Positions 55,830 to 64,000 of a stretch of 64,000 bases of DNA are shown here, piece after piece (positions within the stretch are counted from its first letter, which is position 1; each line of letters opens with the position of its first letter). The notes under the pieces were generated by a model. The model saw only the letters and a program-made list of their open reading frames with translations. It was not told the DNA's origin and did not search any database. Both the position numbers and the translations under genes were made by a program. The stretch is taken from assembly GCA_965230975.1 (NCBI GenBank), contig OZ246402.1, positions 229,771-293,770 of the forward strand, given 5' to 3'. Origin of the DNA: an uncultured Candidatus Saccharibacteria bacterium (GTDB lineage: Bacteria > Patescibacteriota > Dojkabacteria > J137).

Positions 55830-56738
55830 TTATAAATCTGTTTTTGAGACTATATATTCTTCGATCTGGGTAATATATTCGTTATGTAGATTTCTTAAAT
55901 ATGAAATCCCCAGGGTAGGAGTTCTTTTTAGAATTTCCAAGTGATTCTTGAGTGTTTCTAAAGTTATGCCTTTCTCACCTAAAACTACTTCATCTTTTAT
56001 AGTCCCATTGAGAATATCTATATCAAACATGCAAGAGTTAATTCTTGACAGATGAATAACTTTTAGTTCCTTTAAAACGATAATTAGCGCAAGTCTTTCA
56101 GCTATCCTTATACCTAATGGCATCAATAGTTCTTGAATTCGATATCTGATAGAGTTTATTAAATTCAAATCGTTTTCATTAGTGATGGAGCTTAATGCTT
56201 CCAACTCTGTTTTTAAAGTATGTAGCATTGAAGAATCTATAACAGCATAAAGTTGATTAGGTTCAAGGTTGGTCCAAATATAGTCAAAATTCACGCTTTC
56301 GAGTACAGATTTCCGAACATCTCTTCTGCTTCCAGGTCCCAGTAATTGAGAGGTTAAATTCATTGGTCGAGCCACATGATATCTATAGTCTTTATTATTT
56401 CGGTTTCCGAAGCTACTCTTATTCGTAGTTGGTTTTATTAGTGGAATAGGCAATCCCCATTTGAGATATTTTATTTTACTACTGTACTCTTGATCCCTCC
56501 AGATAGTCACCCTTTTTGGCTCCTTGGCATAAGAGTATGATTCACTTAAGCTGTCGGTAAAGGTGTCATAATTTTTTTTACTTATAAAACCTGAGGTCTC
56601 AAATGATTGAGCATCTGTCTCTGGGTCTGTTATTCCGTGATATTTGAATGAGTCAGAAAGTATGAAACCTTCTTCGATATTTTCTAGAGTAATTGGGAGA
56701 TCATAATTATAGTTATCAATTATATCTATTTTGTTCAT
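55830..56738 (-). CDS. Hypothetical protein.
   Basis: 302 aa with no recognisable motif. Codon usage is consistent with its neighbours. Confidence 0.35.
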   Translation of the reverse strand: MNKIDIIDNYNYDLPITLENIEEGFILSDSFKYHGITDPETDAQSFETSGFISKKNYDTFTDSLSESYSYAKEPKRVTIWRDQEYSSKIKYLKWGLPIPLIKPTTNKSSFGNRNNKDYRYHVARPMNLTSQLLGPGSRRDVRKSVLESVNFDYIWTNLEPNQLYAVIDSSMLHTLKTELEALSSITNENDLNLINSIRYRIQELLMPLGIRIAERLALIIVLKELKVIHLSRINSCMFDIDILNGTIKDEVVLGEKGITLETLKNHLEILKRTPTLGISYLRNLHNEYITQIEEYIVSKTDL

Positions 56739-56777
56739 TAATAATAAAATAAGTATATATAAATTTATTATTTTATC

Positions 56778-57692
56778 TTACTTCCCCTCTAACCACTTTT
56801 CAACTTCTATTGCTGCTTTGCAGCCTGCACCAGCTGCTGTAATAGCTTGTCTATACCTATGATCTTCTACATCTCCGGCAACAAAGATGCCTTCTGCATT
56901 TGTATGAACACCGTCAGTTGATTTAACATAACCTTGCTCATCAAGTTCAACTACATTATTTAGGTAAGAAGTTACAGGAATATGACCAATAGCTAAAAAG
57001 AAACCATCTACTACAAGATCTTTTTCTTCGTTAGTTTTATTGTCTTTTAATTTAATTGAATCAACTTTTTGATCTCCATTAATTTCTAAAACCTCTGTAT
57101 TTAAAATCATTTCAACCTTTGGATTATTTTTAACTCTATCAATCATAATCTTAGTTGCTCTAAATTCTTCTCTTCTATGAATCAAATACAACTTGCTTGC
57201 AAACCGAGTTAAGAAAGAAGCCTCTTCCATAGCACTATCTCCACCACCAACAACGGCAACCACTTTATCTTTATAAAAAGCACCATCACAAGTTGCACAA
57301 GTAGAAACACCTCTGCCATAAAATTTATCCTCTCCGGAAATACCAAGTTTTCTTGGAGTAGCACCAGTAGCTATAATAATGGCTTTGGCTTCGAATGTAG
57401 CACCAGATCCTGTAGTCACTCTTTTTGTTTCTCCTAATTCTTCAACCTTAGAAGCATTTTCATAAACCATCTGTGCCCCAAACCTTTCAGCTTGTTTAAC
57501 CATGTTATCCATTAATTGAGGACCGGCAATACCATCTATAAACCCAGGAAAATTTTCAATATCTGTAGTATTCATTAATTGACCACCATACTGAAAACCG
57601 GCAATAACAATAGGTTTAAGATTTGCACGAGCAGAGTATATTGCTGCTGTTAAACCTGCTGGACCGGACCCAATAATGATAACTTCGTTCAT
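56778..57692 (-). CDS. trxB: Thioredoxin-disulfide reductase.
   Basis: IIIGSGPAGLTAAIY (FAD), the redox-active CATCDG motif and AVVGGGDSAMEEA (NADPH). Confidence 0.9.
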   Translation of the reverse strand: MNEVIIIGSGPAGLTAAIYSARANLKPIVIAGFQYGGQLMNTTDIENFPGFIDGIAGPQLMDNMVKQAERFGAQMVYENASKVEELGETKRVTTGSGATFEAKAIIIATGATPRKLGISGEDKFYGRGVSTCATCDGAFYKDKVVAVVGGGDSAMEEASFLTRFASKLYLIHRREEFRATKIMIDRVKNNPKVEMILNTEVLEINGDQKVDSIKLKDNKTNEEKDLVVDGFFLAIGHIPVTSYLNNVVELDEQGYVKSTDGVHTNAEGIFVAGDVEDHRYRQAITAAGAGCKAAIEVEKWLEGK

Positions 57693-57745
57693 TTTACTTG
57701 TAATAAAATAATTAATTTAAATTCTTTAGTTAAATTACTAAACAA

Positions 57746-58120
57746 TTAATTTGCACTAATTCCAAAAGCAGAAGTAAAGTTTCTTTCAAATACTGATTCT
57801 TCGTATGCACCTCTTTGCTCTCCAATAATCTCTCCATTTCTAAAGAAATATAACTGAGGTATGCTCATTATTCTGTATTTCATTGAAAGGTTTGGATTTT
57901 TGTCTGTATCAACTTTTACAAATTTAATTTTGCCATTATATTTTTCTGCAAATTTTTTGACTTGAGGAGCTATCATTCTGCAAGGCCCACACCATTCTGC
58001 CCAAAAGTCTACTACAACATCTCCCTCTTTGATTATTGAATCAAAGTCAGCATCTGTTGCGTGAATAACTAAATCTTGTTCGCTTGTCCCGTTTGCTTGG
58101 TTTCCATTTGCTGGATTCAT
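57746..58120 (-). CDS. trxA: Thioredoxin.
   Basis: FWAEWCGPCRMIAP carries the WCGPC active site. Confidence 0.9.
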   Translation of the reverse strand: MNPANGNQANGTSEQDLVIHATDADFDSIIKEGDVVVDFWAEWCGPCRMIAPQVKKFAEKYNGKIKFVKVDTDKNPNLSMKYRIMSIPQLYFFRNGEIIGEQRGAYEESVFERNFTSAFGISAN

Positions 58121-58188
58121 AATATTTGTTTAAAAAGTATAATATATTTTATATCTTGCTAAAAAGCATAGATTACTAGAACATATAA

Positions 58189-58449
58189 TTATGTAAGTTT
58201 AAAAAATTTTGAAACTAAATTTTCGAACGATTTTATTTTATCTTCAGGTTTAGATTTGTCAAAGCAATTATTAGTTTCCTCTTTTAATAATTCAATTGCA
58301 AGAGAGGATAGAGCATTACGTGTAGCTTGAATAAGCTCTACAATTTTTACATAATCTTCACCTTCGTCTATCATTTTGCCTACGGCATTAAACTGACCAT
58401 TAACCCGGTTAAATTGTTTTTTAATTTCTACACAACTTGAATTTGACAT
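58189..58449 (-). CDS. CsoR/RcnR/FrmR-family (DUF156) metal/thiol-sensing transcriptional repressor with a non-canonical ligand set.
   Basis: IKKQFNRVNGQFNAVGKMIDEGEDYVKIVELIQATRNALSSLAIELLKEETNNCF aligns with CsoR LKRIEGQVRGVQKMVEDNRYCIDILVQISAIQAALKNVGMQLLERHANHCV. Only the C-terminal Cys is conserved, and an extra Cys sits at position 6. It is the first gene of a minus-strand csoR-trxA-trxB array. Confidence 0.7.
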   Translation of the reverse strand: MSNSSCVEIKKQFNRVNGQFNAVGKMIDEGEDYVKIVELIQATRNALSSLAIELLKEETNNCFDKSKPEDKIKSFENLVSKFFKLT

Positions 58450-58456
58450 AAATTAT

Positions 58457-58475
58457 CATACCCCCAGGGGGTATG
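58457..58475. promoter_or_regulatory. Candidate CsoR-family operator: a perfect 19-bp palindrome in the divergent intergenic region.
   Basis: CATACCCCCAGGGGGTATG, a GC-rich inverted repeat. It lies 8 bp upstream of the csoR-like start codon and 50 bp upstream of the divergent metallo-beta-lactamase-fold gene. It has the same form as known CsoR operators (ATACCC-N-GGGTAT). Confidence 0.6.
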
Positions 58476-58525
58476 TTTGTCAAATTCATGGTAGAATATT
58501 TTTAGATAGTTGTTAACTTGATATT

Positions 58526-59227
58526 ATGGAACCATTGGGGCAAACGTGCAAAGAACTTCATTACAAATTTTTAAAAATTGTTAGAAATAAACAATCATCT
58601 TTTAGAATAAAATTTAATGGAAAAGTTATTTATATAGATCCAATTCAAATTTCAGAAGAAAATCATGACGCAGATTTTGTTTTTATAACACATGAACATT
58701 CTGACCATTTTGATCAAAAATCTATTGTTAAAATTATTAATCCTCAAACAATTATTATTTGCAATCAAATAGTTGCCAAAATTATTTTAGATGAATCTAT
58801 ACAAGATCCTCATTATTTACAGATTTTAAATCCTGGTCAAACAAAAATACTAAACGAGCATATAAGTATAGAAACAAAACCTGCATATAATCTGAATAAA
58901 TTTAAATATGCGGGTATTTTATATCATCCTAAAGAAAATAATGGGTTGGGTTTTATAATAACAATCTCTTTAAACGAAGATAAAGTTAAGATTTATCACA
59001 TGGGAGATACCGACTTTATTGCCAAAGATCAAAAAATAGAAGGGGTAGATCTTTTAATGATTCCAGTAGGTGGAACATATGTAATGACTTGGCAAGAGGC
59101 AGTAACTGCTAATAATGAAATAAAACCATTGGTTTCCGTACCAATGCACTTTGATTTAGGTGCTGGAAGTATTGAAGATGCATCTAATTTTGTTAATGAA
59201 ATAGAAAATCAAGGAGAAATAATTTAA
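58526..59227 (+). CDS. Metallo-beta-lactamase-fold metallohydrolase.
   Basis: ITHEHSDHFD supplies the HxHxDH metal motif. Downstream His and Asp ligands are present (IYHMGDTD, VPMHFD). 233 aa. Confidence 0.6.
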   Translation: MEPLGQTCKELHYKFLKIVRNKQSSFRIKFNGKVIYIDPIQISEENHDADFVFITHEHSDHFDQKSIVKIINPQTIIICNQIVAKIILDESIQDPHYLQILNPGQTKILNEHISIETKPAYNLNKFKYAGILYHPKENNGLGFIITISLNEDKVKIYHMGDTDFIAKDQKIEGVDLLMIPVGGTYVMTWQEAVTANNEIKPLVSVPMHFDLGAGSIEDASNFVNEIENQGEII

Positions 59228-59336
59228 ACTTAGTAGATTACAGATAAATATATTCCAAGTGTTTGTAATAGTGTAAAACTTGTTGAAACTTACCTTACGT
59301 TATACAATAGATAAGACTTTTAAGTTTTAAATTCAG

Positions 59337-60596
59337 ATGAATATTACACAAAAAATAATCACAATAGTAATAGCTGTTGTTCTGTTATTTTCTGGTATAG
59401 TCACTCCAATAGCAAGTATTAAAGCAGAAACCCCTCAAGAAAGATTAGAGGCTTTACAAAGAGAACTAGATCGAATCAAATCTGAAAAATCTGCTTTACA
59501 AAATCAACTTAATAATAATAATTACACTATATCCGGTTACAACTCTCAGGTATCTAAACTTCAAGGTGAGATTGCTTTATACCAAAAAGATATAGATGCA
59601 TTGGCAATTGAGATAGAACAGCTTGAAACAACAATAGAAGATTTAAATAACCAAATAACCCAAATGCGGGGTGATATTAAATCTACAGAAACCGTTGTAA
59701 CAGATTTAGATATAAAGTCTAATAATCGAATAAGAAATAGTTACATGAATTACAGAATGTATGGGACTACAGATCCAGGCACTTCTGCAATAATCATAAA
59801 CGATATAAATCGATTTTTTAAAGAATCTCAATATAAAGAATTAATACAAGAAGATACAAACGAAATGCTTGTTCAGCTTGCAAGACTTAAACAAGAGTTA
59901 GAAGTTAAAAAAGCAGAGTTAGAAGAAAGCTTAATTCAAGTTGAAAAAGATAAAGAATTGGTAGACATAAAAAAGCTAGATTTAGATAAGAAAAAAGAAG
60001 ATATTCAAGAAAATTTGAATAAATATTATTCAGAAGTTGCAAGATTACAAGCCGCAAATAATCAAAGTCAAAGTAGCTTAAAGTCTTTATCTGACGAAGA
60101 AAGAATGCTTAGCGCAAAAGCAGAATTAATAAAACAAGAAATTATGATGTCTGTAAGCTACGGCACCTGGGTTTTGGCCGGTACTATAATTGGTTTTCAA
60201 GGGTGTACAGGTTATTGCTTTGGGGAACATTTGCATTTTTCGGTTTATTATAATGGTGTTGCAGTAAATCCATGTGGAGTAATTCAACCAACCGGTGGTT
60301 GTGGTGGTAACGGATACCCATTACAAGCTCCAGTTAGAGGTAGCGTATCTTTTAATAGTGGTTTTGGTTGGAGATCTTTTGATAATGCATTTCACGATGG
60401 AATAGATGTTACTGGAATGCCGCTTGGTGCGCCAATTTATGCTGCACATGATGGTTATGTAACTAGAGGTTTAGATTGTTGGCATAGAGATAGAGGTTAC
60501 CCAACAAATGGGTGTGCAACTTATGTAAAAATATCACAAAATAACGGTAGTAATTCAGGTTATGTAACAGGTTATTGGCACTTAAAAGCGTTCTAA
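59337..60596 (+). CDS. Secreted peptidase M23 family protein with a long N-terminal coiled coil (EnvC/LytM-like architecture).
   Basis: A signal/transmembrane segment is followed by about 250 aa of heptad-rich coiled coil and then the M23 motifs GEHLHFSVYYNGVAVNP and HDGIDV. Confidence 0.7.
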   Translation: MNITQKIITIVIAVVLLFSGIVTPIASIKAETPQERLEALQRELDRIKSEKSALQNQLNNNNYTISGYNSQVSKLQGEIALYQKDIDALAIEIEQLETTIEDLNNQITQMRGDIKSTETVVTDLDIKSNNRIRNSYMNYRMYGTTDPGTSAIIINDINRFFKESQYKELIQEDTNEMLVQLARLKQELEVKKAELEESLIQVEKDKELVDIKKLDLDKKKEDIQENLNKYYSEVARLQAANNQSQSSLKSLSDEERMLSAKAELIKQEIMMSVSYGTWVLAGTIIGFQGCTGYCFGEHLHFSVYYNGVAVNPCGVIQPTGGCGGNGYPLQAPVRGSVSFNSGFGWRSFDNAFHDGIDVTGMPLGAPIYAAHDGYVTRGLDCWHRDRGYPTNGCATYVKISQNNGSNSGYVTGYWHLKAF

Positions 60597-60621
60597 ATTA
60601 AGCTAGAATTTATTAAATCTA

Positions 60622-61806
60622 TCACTTTGAATAAATTTTAAGTGCATCTTTAATTCCAATTATCAGCTTATCTATATCTTCTTTTGTATTGTAAATTGCT
60701 AAGCTGATTCTTAAACTTGCAGGGATTTTTAAAACTTCTCTATGTAGTATTTGAGTACAGTGGTGACCAGCTCTTACACAAATATCTTTCTCTCCTAAAT
60801 ATTGTGCTATGTCGTGAGGGTGTGCATTTTCAAAAGATATGCTTATAACAGCACCTGACTTTTCAGAAATTTCGGGATGATAGATCTTAATATTATCAAT
60901 TGTTTTTAATTTGTTAACTAAATATTCTCGTAGTTCTTGTTCGTGAGCTTGTATAAAATCAAAGCCTACAGAGTTAATATAGTCTACTGCCACACCAAGT
61001 GCATAAGCATCAGAAACGTTAGGCGTTCCTGCTTCAAATTTTGATGGAATATCTGCCCAAGTTGATTTGGTTCGAGTAACTTCTCTAATCATTCCACCGC
61101 CAACTTTAAATGGTTCCATATTCTTTAAGATCTCCTTTTTTGCGTATATAACTCCAATGCCCATCGGCCCGTACATCTTATGGCCAGAGAATACTGCAAA
61201 ATCTACATTTAAATCTTTAACATCTATTTTTGTGTGAGCAATTGCTTGTGCCAAATCGACCACAACAAAAGCACTCCGCTTATCATTAGTAATTTCTTTT
61301 ATTGGGTTTATTTGCCCCGTTACATTACTTGTATGAGCTAATGCAATTACATCAAAATTATATTCCGGCGGAATAATTTTTGAAGCATTCTTATATGTAA
61401 TATCTTCTAAGTAAATTAGTTTTGCATCTTTAATTTGTTGCCAAGGTAATAAATTTGAATGATGCTCTTTTTCTGAAACTAAAATTTGGGGTCTTGAATT
61501 TATTATGCCAGAAGAGTAAAGGCTTTGTGCAATTGCATTAACACCATCTGTTGTCCCAGACGTAAATATAATTTCCTCTGGATCGGCATTTATAAATTTT
61601 GCAATTTTTATTCTTGCATCTTCGTAAAGCTGTGTTGCTTTTTCTGAAAGAGGGTAGAGCCCTCTATGAACATTTGCATTATATTTTGTATAAAATTCAG
61701 TAAGTGCATTTATAACTACTTCAGGCTTTTGTGTTGTAGAAGCATTATCCACGAAAACCAAATTAGGATACTGCTTAAAAATTGGGAATACTTCTTTAAA
61801 ATTCAT
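60622..61806 (-). CDS. sufS: Cysteine desulfurase (class V aminotransferase; SufS/NifS-like).
   Basis: The PLP-lysine region FAVFSGHKMYGPMGIGVIYAKKE is present, along with the catalytic Cys loop RAGHHCTQ. Confidence 0.85.
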   Translation of the reverse strand: MNFKEVFPIFKQYPNLVFVDNASTTQKPEVVINALTEFYTKYNANVHRGLYPLSEKATQLYEDARIKIAKFINADPEEIIFTSGTTDGVNAIAQSLYSSGIINSRPQILVSEKEHHSNLLPWQQIKDAKLIYLEDITYKNASKIIPPEYNFDVIALAHTSNVTGQINPIKEITNDKRSAFVVVDLAQAIAHTKIDVKDLNVDFAVFSGHKMYGPMGIGVIYAKKEILKNMEPFKVGGGMIREVTRTKSTWADIPSKFEAGTPNVSDAYALGVAVDYINSVGFDFIQAHEQELREYLVNKLKTIDNIKIYHPEISEKSGAVISISFENAHPHDIAQYLGEKDICVRAGHHCTQILHREVLKIPASLRISLAIYNTKEDIDKLIIGIKDALKIYSK

Positions 61807-61850
61807 AGGGTAATTATACCATTATTGGTTAATCTATTTCACTTGAAGGA

Positions 61851-63731
61851 TTAGTTAGTCTCTATTTTTGTTGTAACTAATTTGTTGTTTACAGGGATAT
61901 TTTTATCTAGTACATATAAACTATCTTCAATTGTGTAAAAAATATATCTGTCAACAATATAAAAATCGGTTATTTCATCTTCTGGAGATATAAAGGTCAC
62001 TCTATTTGTAGTGTTACTTTTTAAATCATATTTAAATAAATTATTTCTACCATCCCTTGTTGCTACAAAATAGAATAGATCACTAGAATCTTGATCAAAC
62101 TTATAAAAACTACCATCATGCTCTTGTATTAAAGTTTTTATAGATAAACTTTGAACTTCTAAGCTAACTAAATCTTCAAAACCAGTTGAAGAGTTCTTTC
62201 TTGTAAACAATATAAACTCTGCATTTGGAGAAACATCATAAAAATTAACCTCTTCTTCAGATATTAATAACTTTGAGGTTTGTGTAGCTTTATCCCAAAT
62301 ATAAATATCATCAATTCTAGAATCAGCTTTTCTTAAGGTGTATACAACACTGCTATTGGTGCTACTTAGTAATAGATTGGTTATGTTTAGATTCTTTCCG
62401 CTAAATATTTGAATAGGGTTGTTACCATCTATATCCCTCATTTCTACTTTAACTTCTGTGGTTGAATTACTTCTGGTTGTAATAATGTTTATAATTTTGC
62501 CAGCTTTATAAAAATAATAGATACTTTGAAGTTGATTTGCAGAACCAGTTAATCTGTTTAAATTTTTAGTAACAAGATCTATGCTATATCCCATAGATAA
62601 AGATGCCGTGCCCAATCCCTTTATTCTTTCGTAATCATCTCTAAAAAACACATAAGCGTTATCATGAAACAATCCGGTAGGGTCTAACTTTTGTATGTTT
62701 GTAACCTGAACTTCATTTTGTCCATCTAAATCAGATTTAAATATTTGTTTCCCATTATTCTCACTTCGTTTAATGAAAGATGGAATAATATCATTTGCAA
62801 TCATTCTTAGTCCAAATATTTGATTTTCTCCTTGTACAGTTTTTACGGTGTAATCTCTAGTTAAATAATCTGGGTGTGAGATTCTTACTGAGTACTCTTG
62901 GTTAATATCTAAATCTTTAATTTCAAAAGCGCCATCATCTTTTACACTAATTTGAGCATCTGAAATATTGCTACCCTGTATTGTAGCTTTAATTGGAGTG
63001 GACTCGTTAAGCCAATCTTTAAATATTCCTAAAATATCTCCGGCTAAAGTTAGCGGTGTATCTTCTAAAACATTATTTCCTTCTTGAATATCAATAATTT
63101 TATCTATATCTTTGAAATTTATTGACTTAAATTCAAATACAATAGACCCTTTTTGTAAATTAGTAGCTGTAAAAGTCCAGTCATCATTAATCTTTACCTC
63201 TTCTAAATTGATATATAACTTATCTTTTGTAGAATCAAACTTTTGATCTGTAATGAATTTTCCTTTTAAAATGCCCGTTTGAAGTGGTGCAAGTTGTAAA
63301 TCTGCAGTAAATCTAAAAACCATAAAATTTCTTGGTAAAGCTATCTCTTGATTTACTTCGGAGTAATTTTCTAAAATTGCTTGAATATTTATTGTGTCTT
63401 GTTCAAAAAAATCTGAGACACTAAATTTCCCTTCGGAATCTGTTTGTGCGGTTAGATTATTTATTTTGATTTGTACATCTTTTAAAGGTGCTTGGGAAAT
63501 TACATCTTTTACACTACCGGAAATAATAATAGGAAATATTTTTCTATCTAACTTTGTAAAAAAGAGTATTAGTAGAATTGTGATTAATGTAATTAATCCT
63601 ATACCTAAAACTATAACGGCTCTTTTTAACAACTTTCTTATTTTTAAAAAATCAATATGCAGCTTAAATTTTATGCTTGGAATTTTAGGTTTAGATTGCA
63701 AGGTTGTATTTATTGCAGGTTCAATATTCAT
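61851..63731 (-). CDS. Large membrane-anchored extracytoplasmic protein with a carboxypeptidase-regulatory-like (transthyretin-fold) domain and a probable beta-propeller.
   Basis: An N-terminal transmembrane helix is followed by ISGSVKDVISQAPLKDVQIKINNLTAQTDSEGKFSVS (CarboxypepD_reg-like). The C-terminal half has repetitive beta-strand-rich segments (TolB-like). Confidence 0.4.
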   Translation of the reverse strand: MNIEPAINTTLQSKPKIPSIKFKLHIDFLKIRKLLKRAVIVLGIGLITLITILLILFFTKLDRKIFPIIISGSVKDVISQAPLKDVQIKINNLTAQTDSEGKFSVSDFFEQDTINIQAILENYSEVNQEIALPRNFMVFRFTADLQLAPLQTGILKGKFITDQKFDSTKDKLYINLEEVKINDDWTFTATNLQKGSIVFEFKSINFKDIDKIIDIQEGNNVLEDTPLTLAGDILGIFKDWLNESTPIKATIQGSNISDAQISVKDDGAFEIKDLDINQEYSVRISHPDYLTRDYTVKTVQGENQIFGLRMIANDIIPSFIKRSENNGKQIFKSDLDGQNEVQVTNIQKLDPTGLFHDNAYVFFRDDYERIKGLGTASLSMGYSIDLVTKNLNRLTGSANQLQSIYYFYKAGKIINIITTRSNSTTEVKVEMRDIDGNNPIQIFSGKNLNITNLLLSSTNSSVVYTLRKADSRIDDIYIWDKATQTSKLLISEEEVNFYDVSPNAEFILFTRKNSSTGFEDLVSLEVQSLSIKTLIQEHDGSFYKFDQDSSDLFYFVATRDGRNNLFKYDLKSNTTNRVTFISPEDEITDFYIVDRYIFYTIEDSLYVLDKNIPVNNKLVTTKIETN

Positions 63732-63733
63732 TT

Positions 63734-64000
63734 TTAAAGTTGTATTTTTGTATACTTTTCTTCAGGAATATAGGTTTCTATATTGCTTAAGCTTAAATAA
63801 TATTTTACTCTTCCTTTATTATCGAATCCATAACTTAAATATTGTGGTGCAGAAAAGTCAGAAATTTGTGTACTACTAATTAAATCACCATTCAAATTAT
63901 ATAAAGATAAGTAAATTGGAAGTTCTGTAAACAAAGCTTTCTCACCATTCTCTTTTGGGTATTCTGCATCTGATAGGGCATATGTTCTGACAACAAGTTT
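63734..64000 (-). CDS. Partial ORF running off the right edge of the window; hypothetical.
   Basis: The open frame continues past position 64000 with no in-window stop upstream of the TTG chosen by the track. Confidence 0.25.
   Translation of the reverse strand, partial: KLVVRTYALSDAEYPKENGEKALFTELPIYLSLYNLNGDLISSTQISDFSAPQYLSYGFDNKGRVKYYLSLSNIETYIPEEKYTKIQL

Overview
This is an AT-rich bacterial chromosomal segment of roughly one-third GC by eye, with dense coding on both strands. The gene content points to a small-genome lineage such as Patescibacteria/CPR, but that is inference only: a minimal IF-2, L36 with an insertion, a cohesin-like surface protein, many glycosyltransferases, PIN toxins, and intact reading frames under the standard code with TGA as stop.

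Housekeeping genes present:
- Left end: recA (partial), recJ, hup, sufU and rsmB/F-like.
- A hisS gene preceded by a His-rich leader peptide with alternative antiterminator and terminator hairpins.
- An infA-rpmJ-rpsM-rpsK-rpsD-rpoA-rplQ block followed by rplM-rpsI, then a YraN-like gene.
- Right end: infB, a csoR-like-trxA-trxB operon with a perfect palindromic operator, and sufS.

Surface-glycan island (about 14.6-42.5 kb):
- A GH1 hydrolase, a TrmB-like regulator and a tail-fiber-like secreted protein lie upstream.
- The core carries galE, a Wzm/Wzt ABC exporter whose Wzt has a C-terminal glycan-binding extension, three SAM methyltransferases including one FkbM type, a DUF1792-like protein, and four GT4/GT2 enzymes.
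- It also holds four polytopic membrane proteins that may be GT-C-like, two GtrA plus GT2 modules, manC, a phosphohexomutase and a DUF218 protein.
- A cohesin-like anchored surface protein closes it.
- Two type II toxin-antitoxin modules and an epimerase C-terminal remnant are embedded in the island.

Second glycan module (47.6-54 kb): a tandem two-domain GT4 of WbdA-like architecture, a membrane-anchored GH99-like enzyme, and a secreted metallophosphatase joined by PT linkers to a DNRLRE/CBM96-like domain.

A roughly 35-bp conserved element recurs in the same orientation upstream of recA, the phd-vapC operon, the tail-fiber-like gene and the yraN-like gene.

No rRNA, tRNA or CRISPR array was recognised.
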